Source of the DNA: Acidimicrobiia bacterium
Lineage (GTDB): Bacteria; Actinomycetota; Acidimicrobiia; Spongiisociales; SHLN01
Direction: 5' to 3'
Length of the DNA stretch: 46,934 nucleotides
Assembly: GCA_041619515.1 (NCBI GenBank)
Contig: JBFKDW010000013.1
Coordinates: forward strand, 1-46,934
This document shows, in pieces, positions 12,694 to 25,811 of the stretch. The translations under genes and the position numbers were made by a program. The number at the start of each line of letters is the position of its first letter. Position 1 is the stretch's first letter. Below the pieces are notes generated by a model, which saw nothing but the letters and a program-made list of their open reading frames with translations, made no database searches and was not told where the DNA came from.

Positions 12694-14565
12694 ATGGTGC
12701 AGCGCCCACTCCCCGCCGAGATCCCGGATGGGCCGGGAATCTACCTGTTCCGCAGTCGCCACGGCGAGGTCATGTATGCCGGCAAGGCCAAGTCGCTTCG
12801 CAAGCGGGTGTCGTCGTACTTCTCGCGGGGGCTCGCCGCCCGCACCGCCGCCATGATGGAGGCCTCCGAGACGGTCGACTGGATTGTCACCGAGAACGAG
12901 GTTGAGGCGTTGATGCTCGAGTACAGCCTCATCCAAAAGCACAAGCCACGCTTCAACATCCGGCTGCGCGATGACAAGTCCTATCCGTATCTGGCGATAA
13001 CCCGTCAGGACGAGTGGCCCCGGGCAATGGTCATGCGTGGGAAGCGCAAGCGGGGGACCCAGTACTTCGGGCCCTATGGTCACGCCTATGCCATCCGCCA
13101 GACCCTCGACCTGTTGCTGCGAACGTTCCCGGTCCGCACCTGCACCGATTCCAAGTTCAAGCGCCACGCCACCGCCGGAAGACCGTGCCTGCTCTTTCAC
13201 ATCGAGCGCTGTTCGGGGCCGTGCGTCGGGGAGGTGGAGCCCGAGGTCTACCAGGAGTATGTCGACGGCCTGGCCGACTTCCTGTCCGGCAACCACGACG
13301 AGGTCGTTGACCGGCTCAGCCTCCAGATGATGGAGGCCTCCGAGCGTCAGGAATATGAGCATGCCGCCCGGATTCGCGACCAGTTGGCGGCAATTCAGAA
13401 GGCGAGCGCCCGCCAGGAGATGGTTACCAAGCGACCGGAAAACTTCGATCTGCTGGCGATCACCGAGGACGAGCTGGAGGCGTCATTGGCCCTCTTGACG
13501 GTGCGGCGGGGGCGAGTGGTGGGACGGGTCACGTCGATCATCGACAAGGTCGAGGAGGTGACCTCGGCCGAGCTGATTGCCCGCATGCTCGAGCAGCTCT
13601 ACGGCGCGGAGCCGCCGCCGGGGCTGATCGTCGTTCCCGAGCTGCCCGATGACCACGAAGTCCTGCTGGAGTGGCTCAGCGCCAGGCGGGGCGGTCCGGT
13701 CGAGCTGCGGATTCCCGAACGCGGGCCCAAGCGGCGCTTGCTCGAGACGGCGAGGTCCAACTCGGCCGAGGAGTTCGCCCGGCATCGGCTGCGGCGCAGT
13801 GCCGATCACAACGCTCGCGCCAAAGCCCTTCGTAGCCTCCAGCATGCTCTCGATCTGCCGGATCCGCCGTTGCGCATCGAGTGCTTCGACATCTCGACCG
13901 TGCAGGGAACCAACACCGTCGGCTCGATGGTCGTGCTCGAAGACGGCTTGCCGCGCCCCTCCGACTATCGCCATTTTCGGGTGCGGGACGTCGCAGGTCA
14001 GGACGATTTTGCTTCGATGGAGGAGGTGCTGCGCCGGCGCTTCACCGCCTATCTGGCCGAGCGGGACCTCCCACCCGACAAGCGCGGCAGGTTTGCCTAT
14101 CCGCCCTCGCTCATCCTCGTCGACGGCGGAGCAGGCCAGCTCAGCAGGGCGGTTCAGGTGCTCGACGAGCTCAACCTCGACATACCGGTGGCCGGCCTCG
14201 CCAAGCGCATGGAGGAGGTGTATCTGCCGGGACGAGCCGCCACGGTCCGAATCCCACGTGGCGAGGAGGCGTTGTATCTGCTGCAACGGGTTCGAGACGA
14301 GGCTCACCGTTTCGCCATCACGTATCACCGCAAGCTGCGCGGCAAGCGGATGGTGGATTCGATTCTCGACGACGTCCCCGGGGTGGGGCCGTCGAGAAAG
14401 AAGGCCCTGCTGCGCACCTTCGGTTCGCTCAAGCGTCTCCGCCAGGCACGCATTGACCAGATCGAGGAGGTGGTCCCGCGTAATGTTGCGGAGAGCGTCT
14501 ATGCCGCCCTCCACGGGCTCACCGGGGCAGCCACCGCCCCCAGGAGGCAACGTGATGAGCTTTGA
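12694..14565 (+). CDS. uvrC: Excinuclease ABC subunit C
   Basis: GIY-YIG domain (PGIYLF..YAGKAKSLRKRV), RDDKSYPY, RIECFDIS, DGGAGQ, RDEAHRFA, HhH; TAAACT lies 8 nt before the ATG. Confidence 0.97.
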   Translation: MVQRPLPAEIPDGPGIYLFRSRHGEVMYAGKAKSLRKRVSSYFSRGLAARTAAMMEASETVDWIVTENEVEALMLEYSLIQKHKPRFNIRLRDDKSYPYLAITRQDEWPRAMVMRGKRKRGTQYFGPYGHAYAIRQTLDLLLRTFPVRTCTDSKFKRHATAGRPCLLFHIERCSGPCVGEVEPEVYQEYVDGLADFLSGNHDEVVDRLSLQMMEASERQEYEHAARIRDQLAAIQKASARQEMVTKRPENFDLLAITEDELEASLALLTVRRGRVVGRVTSIIDKVEEVTSAELIARMLEQLYGAEPPPGLIVVPELPDDHEVLLEWLSARRGGPVELRIPERGPKRRLLETARSNSAEEFARHRLRRSADHNARAKALRSLQHALDLPDPPLRIECFDISTVQGTNTVGSMVVLEDGLPRPSDYRHFRVRDVAGQDDFASMEEVLRRRFTAYLAERDLPPDKRGRFAYPPSLILVDGGAGQLSRAVQVLDELNLDIPVAGLAKRMEEVYLPGRAATVRIPRGEEALYLLQRVRDEAHRFAITYHRKLRGKRMVDSILDDVPGVGPSRKKALLRTFGSLKRLRQARIDQIEEVVPRNVAESVYAALHGLTGAATAPRRQRDEL

Positions 14566-15046
14566 CCCGGCGACCCAGCGGGCCGCCCGATATTCCTCAC
14601 CCTTCGGTCCAGGCTGGATCGTGTTCGGCCTCGACCGGATCGCAGCAGTTCTACTCCCGGGTGTCCCGGCGCCGGTGCCAGAATCCGCCGAGCCTCCGGA
14701 ACCGGTGGCCGCCCTCGCCGAGGAGCTGACGGATTACTACCGGGGCGGCGAGTTGCCTCGCCACCCTGAGCTGGTGGCCACAGCCGGTTCGACGCCCTTC
14801 ACCGGCTCGGTGTACGAGCTCGTGGCAGCGATCCCGCCTGGGGAGTTGCGCACCTACGGTGAGATCGCCCGGCAGGTCGGCCGGCCGGGTGCGGCCCGGG
14901 CGGTGGGGCGGGCGATGGCGACGAACCCGTTCCCTGTCATCATCCCCTGCCACCGGGTGGTCGGGTCGAACGGGTCTCTGACCGGCTTCGGTGGCGGGAT
15001 CCACATGAAGGCGCACATGCTTCGAATGGAGGGGGCTGATGCCTGA
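14555..15046 (+). CDS. ogt: Methylated-DNA--protein-cysteine methyltransferase
   Basis: TYGEIA..GAARAVGRAMATNPFPVIIPCHRVV (PCHR active site); ATG 14555. Confidence 0.92.
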   Translation: MSFDPATQRAARYSSPFGPGWIVFGLDRIAAVLLPGVPAPVPESAEPPEPVAALAEELTDYYRGGELPRHPELVATAGSTPFTGSVYELVAAIPPGELRTYGEIARQVGRPGAARAVGRAMATNPFPVIIPCHRVVGSNGSLTGFGGGIHMKAHMLRMEGADA

Positions 15047-15911
15047 GCAGCCGCTGGTCGTCATCGTGACCGGTCTGGCCGGAGCGGGCCGTTCGACTGC
15101 CGCCAAGGTCCTCGAAGACCTCGGCTTCTTCGTCATCGACAACCTGCCGCCCAAGCTCCTCGGCCAGGCCGCCGAGCTCGCCGACGTAGCCAACATCGCC
15201 CGGTCCAAGCTGGCGGTGGCGGTCGACTCGAGGTCCGGTGTGCTCACGTTCACCGAGCTGGAACAAGAGATCCTGCGGCTCGAGCGGGACGGGGTTCGCA
15301 CCCTGACGGTGTTCCTGGATGCAGATGATGACGAGCTCGTGCACCGCTACCAGGAGAACCGCCGTCCCCATCCCGTCGACGCCGACACCCTGGAGGAGTC
15401 GATCACCACGGAACGCAAGCTTCTCTCCGACCTGCGGGGAAATGCCGACGTGCTCATTGACACAACCGACCTCAGCGTGCACGATCTCCGCCACCGCCTG
15501 CAAGACGCCTTCGAGGCGCCGTCGCCCCGGCCGCGGATGAGGGTCTCGGTTACCTCATTCGGCTTCAAGCACGGCAGCCCGCGCGACCTCGACCTCGTCT
15601 TCGACGTTCGCTTCCTCCCCAATCCCCATTGGGTGCCGGAATTGCGGCCCCTCACCGGGGTGGACGCACCCGTCGCCCACTACGTGCTGACCGACCCCGC
15701 TGCCGACGAGTTCATGAACCGTATCGACGATCTGCTCACCTTCCTCGTTCCTCGCTACGTGGACGAAGGCAAGGCCTACCTGCGGGTGGGGATCGGTTGC
15801 ACCGGTGGCCGCCATCGATCCGTCGCCATCGCCGAGGAGCTGGGGCGGCGCCTCAAGGACGCGGGAACGGATGTGACGATCCGCCACCGGGATGCCGATC
15901 AGCACACGTGA
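15039..15911 (+). CDS. rapZ: RNase adapter RapZ / YvcJ P-loop protein
   Basis: GLAGAGRST, IDNLP, SFGFKHG, FDVRFLPNPHW, GCTGGRHRSV. Confidence 0.96.
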   Translation: MPEQPLVVIVTGLAGAGRSTAAKVLEDLGFFVIDNLPPKLLGQAAELADVANIARSKLAVAVDSRSGVLTFTELEQEILRLERDGVRTLTVFLDADDDELVHRYQENRRPHPVDADTLEESITTERKLLSDLRGNADVLIDTTDLSVHDLRHRLQDAFEAPSPRPRMRVSVTSFGFKHGSPRDLDLVFDVRFLPNPHWVPELRPLTGVDAPVAHYVLTDPAADEFMNRIDDLLTFLVPRYVDEGKAYLRVGIGCTGGRHRSVAIAEELGRRLKDAGTDVTIRHRDADQHT

Positions 15912-15947
15912 GCCCACCGAACCGACACACAGGAGAGCTTTCACACC

Positions 15948-16934
15948 GTGAGTGCCCTTGAACTGCAGGCCGAGATGCTCGAGGTGGTCCGGCTCGATCC
16001 GACCGGCCCGCACGTCGTCGCCATCGGCGGCGGGCACGGCCTCGCCCAGGCGCTGGTGGGAATCCAGTCCTACGCCTCACGCATCGACGCCGTCGTGACC
16101 GTGGCAGACGATGGAGGGTCGTCGGGCCGGCTCACCTCGGCTCTCGACATCCTCCCTCCAGGCGATCTCCGCCGCTGCCTGCTCGCCCTCAGCCCGGAGC
16201 CGAGCCTATGGAGCGAGATGTTCGAGTTCCGATTCGAATCCACCGACGTGGCCGGCCATTCCCTCGGCAATCTCATCCTGGCCGCGATGTCCGAGCTGTT
16301 CGGTGATTTCGAGACGGGTATCAGCGTGGCGGAGGAGGCGCTCGGTTGTGTCGGGCATGTGATACCGAACTCCCGCCGTTCGCTTCACCTGCAAGCGATT
16401 GTCGACGGCACACTGGTCGATGGACAGGCGGCGATAGCCAGGGCCCGCGGGACGATCTCGGAGCTGCGCTTGCTCCCACCCGGGGAGCCGGTCAACCCGC
16501 GAGCCGTTGAGGTGGTGGCTGCAGCCGACCAGATCGTCATCGGCCCGGGCAGCCTCTACACCTCGGTGATCTCAGCCCTCCTCGTCCCGGGCCTCGCAGA
16601 GGCCGTCAATGCATCCTCGGCCGCCGTCGTCTACGTGTGCAATCTGACGACCCAGGATGGCGAGTCCCTCGGCATGGGTGCCGCCGAGCACGTGCAGGCT
16701 CTGCTCGACCTCGCAGGGATCAAGACGCCGCTCACCGCTCTCATCCACCAGGGCGGGCCGCCCTTTCCGCCGGAGGCGGAGTCGGTGGCCGGTGACGAGG
16801 AGCACGTCCTGGCACTCGGGGTCAAGCCGGTGTTCGATGATTTACTCGACCGGAGCCACCACTGGCCCCAGCACGATCCCATTCGGCTGGGTCGCGCCCT
16901 CGGGGAGTTGTGGGAGGAGGACAGCCGGCCGTAG
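15948..16934 (+). CDS. yvcK: YvcK/CuvA (GlmR) UDP-GlcNAc-binding gluconeogenesis factor
   Basis: IGGGHGL, TVADDGGSSGRL, PPGDLRRCL, GHSLGNL, GPGSLYTSV. Confidence 0.95.
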   Translation: MSALELQAEMLEVVRLDPTGPHVVAIGGGHGLAQALVGIQSYASRIDAVVTVADDGGSSGRLTSALDILPPGDLRRCLLALSPEPSLWSEMFEFRFESTDVAGHSLGNLILAAMSELFGDFETGISVAEEALGCVGHVIPNSRRSLHLQAIVDGTLVDGQAAIARARGTISELRLLPPGEPVNPRAVEVVAAADQIVIGPGSLYTSVISALLVPGLAEAVNASSAAVVYVCNLTTQDGESLGMGAAEHVQALLDLAGIKTPLTALIHQGGPPFPPEAESVAGDEEHVLALGVKPVFDDLLDRSHHWPQHDPIRLGRALGELWEEDSRP

Positions 16935-16951
16935 TGCCGCCTCCGGCCGAC

Positions 16952-17967
<1,016 letters not shown>

Positions 17968-17971
<4 letters not shown>

Positions 17972-18981
17972 GCGTTCTCCAGTTGTTGGATCATCTTGGT
18001 GAGGACTTCGACGATGCGTACCGAGTATCCCCAGCCGTTGTCAAACCAGATGATCGCTTTGATCATGGTCCCGTCGACTACGAGCGTGGCGAGGCTGTCG
18101 AAGTTCCCCGACTGGGAGGACCCGATGACGTCCGAGGACACGATCGGGTCGGTCACATACTCGATGATGTCGGCGTAGTGAGCGGCGACCTCTTTTTGTA
18201 CGGTCTCGTTCACCTCGTCGGTCGTGGTGGCGGTGCGCACGAAGGCGACCAGATCGACCGTGGAGCCGTCCGGTACGGGAACGTTGAGCGCCATGGCCGA
18301 GAGCTTCCCGGCCAGCTCGGGCATCACCGACATGAGAATTTCGGGCGAGTTGGTGGTTGCCGGAATGATGTTCTCGCCGGCCGCCCTGCTCGATCTGAAG
18401 CTGGAGGTAGGCACGTCGGCCAGCCGGGCCTGGTTGGTGAAGGCGTGCACGGTGGTGTAGAAGGCGCGATCGAGACCCCAGGTCTGGTCGATGATTCGCA
18501 GTACCGGGGCGACCGCATTCGAGGTGTTGGACCCGAGTGAGACGATGTCGACGTCCGGTGTGAGGATCTCGTCGTTGATCCCGCGCAACAGGATGGGCAC
18601 GTCGTCGGGTTGCTCGGGTGTCGATGCGAGGATCACCCGCTTGGCCCCGGCGGCGATGTGCTTGGAGCACCACTCGCGCGTCCGGTACTTGCCGGTCGCC
18701 TGGATGACGACTTCGACACCCAGCTCACCCCAGTCGACATCGCCGGGCTCTTTGGCAGCGAGGAAGGGGATGGAGGCCCCGCCGATCTTCAGGTTCGTGC
18801 CGTCGAGTTCCACCGGCTTGGGAAAGCGGCCGTAGATGGAGTCGTACTTCAGCAAGTAGGTCAGGGCAGCCGGGTCCGCCGTATCCACGATCGCTGCCAC
18901 CTCGACATCGCCTGCGGCCTCGAGCAATCGGAATACGTTGCGGCCGATCCGCCCGAAGCCCATGAGGCCTACGCGGGCCAT
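17968..18981 (-). CDS. GAPDH-like protein lacking the catalytic Cys (probable pseudoenzyme)
   Basis: Full-length GAPDH fold (GFGRIGR, YLLKYDS, WFDNGWGYS) but SLGSNTSNAVAP replaces SNASCTTNCLAP; ATG 18981 with GGAG RBS; stop overlaps the gap start (ATGA). Confidence 0.92.
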
Positions 18982-19064
18982 CTTGTCTCCTCGTCTCTTG
19001 ATGAGGCGCCAGCCTACCCCCACCGCCCGTCCGCCCGAACTTCCCGTGATAACGTTCGAGGGCT

Positions 19065-20244
<1,180 letters not shown>

Positions 20245-20255
<11 letters not shown>

Positions 20256-21015
20256 GAGCTTTATCTGCGGCAATTGGAAGATGAACGCCTCCCACCTCGA
20301 TGCCATCCAGATGGTGCAGAAGCTGAGCTACCGCCTCGAGCTCTCCGACTACGACCGGGTCGACGTGGTGGTGGCGCCTCCATTCACGTCGCTTCGCTCG
20401 ATACAGACGGTCATCGAAGCCGATCACCTCGCCATCCGTCTGGGAGCCCAGAACGTGCATTGGGAGGAGTCGGGCGCCTACACCGGCGAGGTGTCGCCGT
20501 CGATGCTCGCCAAGCTGGGCGTCGGGTACGTCATCGTCGGGCACTCCGAGCGGCGCCAATTGTTCGGCGAGACCGATACCGACGTCAACCGCAAGGTAAA
20601 GGCCGTGCTCGCGGCCGAAATGATCCCCATCATGTGCCTGGGTGAGACCCTCGACGAGCGTGAAGCCGGAGAAACCGAGAAGCGCGTAGCGGGCCAGCTG
20701 AGCGCAGGTCTCACGGGGCTGTCCTCCGAGCAGGCCACCTCTGTGATCATCGCCTACGAGCCGATCTGGGCCATCGGAACCGGGCGCACCGCCCAGCCGG
20801 ACGACGCCGGTGCCGTCTGCGAGTTCCTGCGCCGGCGCTTCGCCGACGAGTTCGGCGGGCCGGGGGCCGAGCAGGTTCGCATCATCTACGGCGGCTCGGT
20901 CAATCCGGGAAATATCGCTGCCCTCATGGCAAAGAGCCACATAGATGGGGCGCTCGTCGGGGGCGCCTCGCTGGATCCGGACACCTTCGCCTCTATCGTT
21001 CGCTACTGGGTATGA
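20245..21015 (+). CDS. tpiA: Triosephosphate isomerase
   Basis: [38 protein letters not shown] 20245. Confidence 0.98.
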
Positions 21016-21052
21016 AGGACCGTCCGGCACGGCCCTCGAGACGGAGACGGTT

Positions 21053-21805
21053 GTGAGCGAAAACACCCTCGTCTTGTTGCGCCACGGCCAGTCCGTATGG
21101 AACCTGGAGAACCGCTTCACCGGATGGACCGATGTGGGGCTCACCGAGCGGGGTGAGCGGGAAGCTGAGTCGGCGGGGTCCCTCCTGCGTGATGAGGGCT
21201 ACTCGTTTGACCTCGTGTTCACATCCGTACAGAAACGAGCCATCCTCACCGCCAATATCGCACTCGAGGAGATGGACCTCAGCTGGCTGCCCGTGCACCG
21301 CTCCTGGCGCCTCAACGAGCGCCACTACGGAGCCCTGCAGGGCCTCAACAAGAAGGAAACCGCCGACCAGCATGGCGCCGAACAGGTCCACGTATGGCGA
21401 CGCAGCTACGACATCCCCCCGCCGCCGCTGATGCCCGACGACGAGCGCCATCCGCGCCATGATCCCCGCTACGCCGGCTTGGCACCGGATGTGCTTCCGG
21501 CCACCGAATGTCTGAAGGATGTCGTCGAACGCATGCTCCCGTATTGGCACGATGCCATCGTTCCAGCCCTGCGGCGCGGGGAGCGCCCCCTCATCGCCGC
21601 CCACGGCAACAGCCTGCGAGCGCTCGTCAAGCATCTCGACGATGTCAGCGATGAGGAGATCCCGGCCCTGAACATACCCACCGGCATCCCGCTCGTGTAC
21701 GAACTGGACGGGGCGCTCTCGCCCGTGCGCAGCTTCTATCTAGGTGACCCCGAAGCGGCGAAAGCAGCGGCCGAGGCCGTAGCCAGGCAGGCATCGGGAG
21801 GCTGA
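21053..21805 (+). CDS. gpmA: 2,3-bisphosphoglycerate-dependent phosphoglycerate mutase
   Basis: [40 protein letters not shown]. Confidence 0.97.
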   Translation: MSENTLVLLRHGQSVWNLENRFTGWTDVGLTERGEREAESAGSLLRDEGYSFDLVFTSVQKRAILTANIALEEMDLSWLPVHRSWRLNERHYGALQGLNKKETADQHGAEQVHVWRRSYDIPPPPLMPDDERHPRHDPRYAGLAPDVLPATECLKDVVERMLPYWHDAIVPALRRGERPLIAAHGNSLRALVKHLDDVSDEEIPALNIPTGIPLVYELDGALSPVRSFYLGDPEAAKAAAEAVARQASGG

Positions 21806-21812
21806 CGGCGGG

Positions 21813-22796
21813 CTAGCGGCTTGTGCCGCCCGCCTCGGCCAGGGCCAGCAGCTCCTCTTCGCTGATGGCGCCGGGGCCGATCCGTCTGGCGGCTTGTTGG
21901 TTGGCCAATCTCTGCAGCAGGGCGTTGACCGGGGTAGGCACGCCATGCAGTCGGCCGAGCAGGGCAATCTCACCGTTGAAGAAGTCGGTCTCGATGGTGC
22001 CGGTTTGCCGCGTGAGGCTCTGCCAGGAGGAGCCTCCGCCTCGGGGAACGCCGCCCACCGTGTGAATCTGGAGGATGTCACCCCGGCGCTCTTTCTCTTG
22101 CACCGTGCCGGTGACCGGGATGCCGGCTGCGCGCAACACCCGTTCGCCCTCGTCGCGCACGAGGCGAACGACCTCGTTGCCTTCGGTGACCGTCCCACAG
22201 ATCGCCTGCACAGCGTTGCCGAGATTCATGAGGAGCTTGCGGTACTTCCAGGACATGATGTCGGCCAGTGCAAGCGAGGAGAAGGTCGACCGCATCAGTG
22301 CGGCCGCTACCTCCTCGGCGATGGCGTCGATCCCCTTCGGGTAGCGGCCGATGTCCAGCATGCCGGTGGTGGGGGAGGAATGGGCCACCACGGTGCCCGG
22401 CTCCAGGTGGAGGGCCGGCAGCATCACCACCATGCCGTAGACGTTCTCGAACCACCGGAGGGCGGCTCGTTCGTTGGCGACCCCGTTCTGGGCGCAGATG
22501 ACCGGGATCTGAGGGGGGGCCGAACGAGCGAGGCCTCCGAGGGCGGCGTCTGTGTCCTGCGACTTGACCGTGACCAGGATGACATCATCGTCCCTCCAGG
22601 AGATCTCGTCCCCATCACCGACGACATCGGCTGCGATGGTGGTCGACCCGGACGCATCGTCGAGCCGGAGTCCGCCGGCCCTCATCGCCTCGAGGTGTGG
22701 TCCACGGGCCAAGAGTGTGACCTCGTGACCGGCCTGGTGAAGCCGGCCGCCGATCACTCCGCCGACGGCGCCCGCCCCGAGCACGACGAAGCGCAT
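21813..22796 (-). CDS. Ketopantoate reductase (PanE/ApbA) family oxidoreductase
   Basis: GAGAVGG, TVKSQD, AQNGV, KYRKLLMNLGN, SSWQS, ETDFFNGEI. Confidence 0.85.
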   Translation of the reverse strand: MRFVVLGAGAVGGVIGGRLHQAGHEVTLLARGPHLEAMRAGGLRLDDASGSTTIAADVVGDGDEISWRDDDVILVTVKSQDTDAALGGLARSAPPQIPVICAQNGVANERAALRWFENVYGMVVMLPALHLEPGTVVAHSSPTTGMLDIGRYPKGIDAIAEEVAAALMRSTFSSLALADIMSWKYRKLLMNLGNAVQAICGTVTEGNEVVRLVRDEGERVLRAAGIPVTGTVQEKERRGDILQIHTVGGVPRGGGSSWQSLTRQTGTIETDFFNGEIALLGRLHGVPTPVNALLQRLANQQAARRIGPGAISEEELLALAEAGGTSR

Positions 22797-22802
22797 GCCG
22801 GC

Positions 22803-23816
22803 CTAGGGGCCGGTTCGGCTCGGGGCCAGGTGCCGGTAATCGCCGGTGCGGAGATGGCAGGCCGCCTGATGGTCGGATTCGTCCCGGCTGCGGAGCGCCG
22901 GTACTTCGAGGTCGCACACCCCCTGCTGGGCGATCGGACAGCGGGTGTGGAAGTGGCAGCCGGTTGGCGGGTTCATCGGCGACGGAATCTCACCCTGCAG
23001 AATGGTCCGGTTCCGCTGGCGGTCCGGGTTGGGAATCGGGATGGCGGACAGCAGTGCTTCGGTATAGGGGTGCAGCGGCTCGCGATAGAGCGATTCTCGA
23101 TCCGCCAGCTCGACCACCCGGCCCAAATACATCACCGCCACCCGGTCGGAGATGTGCTCGACCACGGCCAGGTTGTGAGCCACGAACAACAGCGTCAGCT
23201 GCAGCTCGGTCTGGAGCTCCTTGAGCAAGTTCAGCACCTGCGCCTGGACGGACACATCGAGGGCGGACACCGGTTCGTCGGCTACGACGAAGTTCGGCTC
23301 CATTATCAGTGCCCGGGCGATACCGATGCGCTGGCGCTGGCCGCCTGAGAATTCGTGGGGGAAACGACTTGCGTGACTCGACCGAAGTCCTACCAGATCG
23401 AGCATCCGGTTTACCCGCTCGCGACGCTCGTCCTTGTCACCCACCCCGTGCATCCGGAGACCTTCGGCGATCGATGCCCCAACCTGAGCCCGGGGGTCGA
23501 GTGATGAGTACGGGTCCTGGAAGATGATCTGCATGCGGCGCCGAAAAGGCTTGAGCTCCTTGCCCTTGAGGTGGGTGATGTCGTGCCCGCCAAACCTGAT
23601 CGTGCCCGAGGTGGGCTCGATGAGGCGCACCAGCAGCCTTCCGAGGGTGGTCTTGCCACAGCCCGATTCGCCCACCAGGCCGATGGTCTCGCCCCGCTGA
23701 ATATCCAGGTTGGCGCCGGCCACTGCGTTGACGGTGGCGATCTGACGCTGCAGGATGCCCCCCTTGACGGGGAATTGCTTGACGAGGTCTCGGATCTCGA
23801 CGAGAGGCTCAGCCAT
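22803..23816 (-). CDS. dppF: Dipeptide/oligopeptide ABC transporter ATPase (DppF-like)
   Basis: [29 protein letters not shown]-terminal Cys cluster; ATG 23816. Confidence 0.9.
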   Translation of the reverse strand: MAEPLVEIRDLVKQFPVKGGILQRQIATVNAVAGANLDIQRGETIGLVGESGCGKTTLGRLLVRLIEPTSGTIRFGGHDITHLKGKELKPFRRRMQIIFQDPYSSLDPRAQVGASIAEGLRMHGVGDKDERRERVNRMLDLVGLRSSHASRFPHEFSGGQRQRIGIARALIMEPNFVVADEPVSALDVSVQAQVLNLLKELQTELQLTLLFVAHNLAVVEHISDRVAVMYLGRVVELADRESLYREPLHPYTEALLSAIPIPNPDRQRNRTILQGEIPSPMNPPTGCHFHTRCPIAQQGVCDLEVPALRSRDESDHQAACHLRTGDYRHLAPSRTGP

Positions 23817-24849
23817 CACTCGAGTCCTCTGCATAGAGCCAGCACCGCACCTTGTGCCCACCACCGATCTGCAGCAGCTCCGGGTCCTGTTCGGTGCAAA
23901 TCTCGAGGCCGTTCTGGACTCTGGCGACGCAGCGTGAAGCGAAGCGGCACCCGGGAGGCAGGTCGATGAGCTGGGGGACGATTCCCGGGATCACCTCGAG
24001 GCGGTCGGACAGCTGCCCGAGGATCGGGATCGAGCCGATGAGGCCCTGCGTGTACGGGTGCTTCGGATCCCTGAACAGCGTGCGGACGTCGGTTTCCTCG
24101 ACAACCTCCCCCGCGTACATGACCGCCACCCGGTCGGCCATCTCGGCAACCACTCCGAGGTCATGAGTGATGAGGATGACCGAAGTGTTCGAAGATGCCT
24201 GCAGATCCCGCATCAGGTCGAGGATCTGGGCCTGAATGGTGACGTCCAGGGCGGTCGTCGGTTCATCGGCGATCAGCAGCTGGGGTTCACAGGCCAATGC
24301 CATGGCGATCATGACGCGCTGGGCCATGCCACCGGAGAGCTCATGCGGGTAGGCGCGGGCTCGTGAAGCCGGGTCCGGGATGCCGACCCTGGCGAGCATC
24401 TCGATGACTTTCTCCTCCTCGATGTCTTTCGACCACTCGCGGTGAAGCTGGAAGACCTCCCGGATCTGGATCCCGGCGCGTTGCACCGGGTTCAACGACG
24501 AGGTTGGCTGCTGGAAGATCATCGAGATCTGCTCGCCCCGCATCCCCCGCACCTCGTCCTTGTTCATGTCGACCAGGTTCTTCCCGTTGAGGAGGATCTC
24601 TCCGGCGACGACTTCGCCGGGGTGAGCAACGAGGCCCATGATGGAAAGGGCGGTAACCGACTTTCCGCAGCCGGACTCTCCGACGATTCCAAGCACTTCG
24701 CCCCGATCCACACCGAGGCTCACCCCGTCGACTGCTCTGACAACGCCGTCACGGGTGTCGAAGTGGGTCTTGAGGCCGCGGATGTCCAGCATGCGGGCCG
24801 CTCCTGCAACCGTGGCCCCGTGCGGATCTGGTGCCGCCGCCGTCGTCAT
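23809..24849 (-). CDS. dppD: Dipeptide/oligopeptide ABC transporter ATPase (DppD-like)
   Basis: [27 protein letters not shown] 24849 overlaps the dppC stop. Confidence 0.9.
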   Translation of the reverse strand: MTTAAAPDPHGATVAGAARMLDIRGLKTHFDTRDGVVRAVDGVSLGVDRGEVLGIVGESGCGKSVTALSIMGLVAHPGEVVAGEILLNGKNLVDMNKDEVRGMRGEQISMIFQQPTSSLNPVQRAGIQIREVFQLHREWSKDIEEEKVIEMLARVGIPDPASRARAYPHELSGGMAQRVMIAMALACEPQLLIADEPTTALDVTIQAQILDLMRDLQASSNTSVILITHDLGVVAEMADRVAVMYAGEVVEETDVRTLFRDPKHPYTQGLIGSIPILGQLSDRLEVIPGIVPQLIDLPPGCRFASRCVARVQNGLEICTEQDPELLQIGGGHKVRCWLYAEDSSDG

Positions 24850-25811
24850 CGGTTGAGCGTGGGGTCGAGCGCGTCGCGCAGGCCGTCGCCCATGAGGTTG
24901 AAGCCCAGCACGGTGATCATGATCGCCAGGCCGGGGAAGAACACCAGATGGGGGGAGGTGAACACCTGGTTGCGTTCCCTGGCCAGCATCGAGCCCCACT
25001 CGGCCTGCGGCTCCTGGGCGCCGAGCCCCAGGAAGGAGAGGCCGGCCGCTTCGAGGATGGCGGTGGCGATGCCGAGGGTGGCAAGCACCACCAGAGGCGT
25101 CATGGCGTTGGGGACGATGCGTCTGAGCAGAATCTGGCGCGGGGCGGCGCCGAGCGCACGGGCGGCCGACACGAAGTCGGCCTCCTTGAGGGCGAGCACC
25201 TGAGCCCGCATGACCCGCGCGTAGGCGGGGATGCTGACAACGGCGATGGCGATGAGGGCATTGCGCAACCCCGCTCCAAATACCGAGACGATGGCAATGG
25301 CCAACAGGAGCGAGGGGAAGCCCAGCACGACGTCCATGATCCGCATGATGATGTTGTCGAGCCATCCGCCGGTGTAGCCGGCGATGGCCCCGAGCAGCGT
25401 TCCGACCACCAGGGCAATGGTCACCGTGAAGAAGCCGAGCGTGAGACTGACCCTGCTGCCGAAGACGATGCGGGAAAACTGGTCCCGGGTGTTGCCGTCG
25501 GTGCCGAGGATGTGCTGGGGCAATTCGTCATCACACCCCAGGACATGAACGCAGGGCGGCGCCCGGCGCACCACGCCCTCTTCTTCGCCGACCAAGACGT
25601 TGTTGGGCTCGAACGGGGCGATGAGGGGAGCGAAGATCGCCACGAGGACCAGGAACGAGATGATGGCGAGCCCAACCATTCCGGACCGGCGCTGGCGGAA
25701 CCGGCGCAACGCCAGGCGACCCTGGCTGAGCGGCTTCTCCGTCAAGAGGGTGGCATCGGCTGCCATTGCCTCCAGTTGCTCCATGGCTTGTCTTCGGCTG
25801 AGCATGGTCAA
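24846..25811 (-). CDS. dppC: Peptide ABC transporter permease (DppC-like)
   Basis: HILGTD..RD.FSR, EAA loop (FVSAARALGA), EWGSML. Confidence 0.9.
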   Translation of the reverse strand: MTMLSRRQAMEQLEAMAADATLLTEKPLSQGRLALRRFRQRRSGMVGLAIISFLVLVAIFAPLIAPFEPNNVLVGEEEGVVRRAPPCVHVLGCDDELPQHILGTDGNTRDQFSRIVFGSRVSLTLGFFTVTIALVVGTLLGAIAGYTGGWLDNIIMRIMDVVLGFPSLLLAIAIVSVFGAGLRNALIAIAVVSIPAYARVMRAQVLALKEADFVSAARALGAAPRQILLRRIVPNAMTPLVVLATLGIATAILEAAGLSFLGLGAQEPQAEWGSMLARERNQVFTSPHLVFFPGLAIMITVLGFNLMGDGLRDALDPTLNR

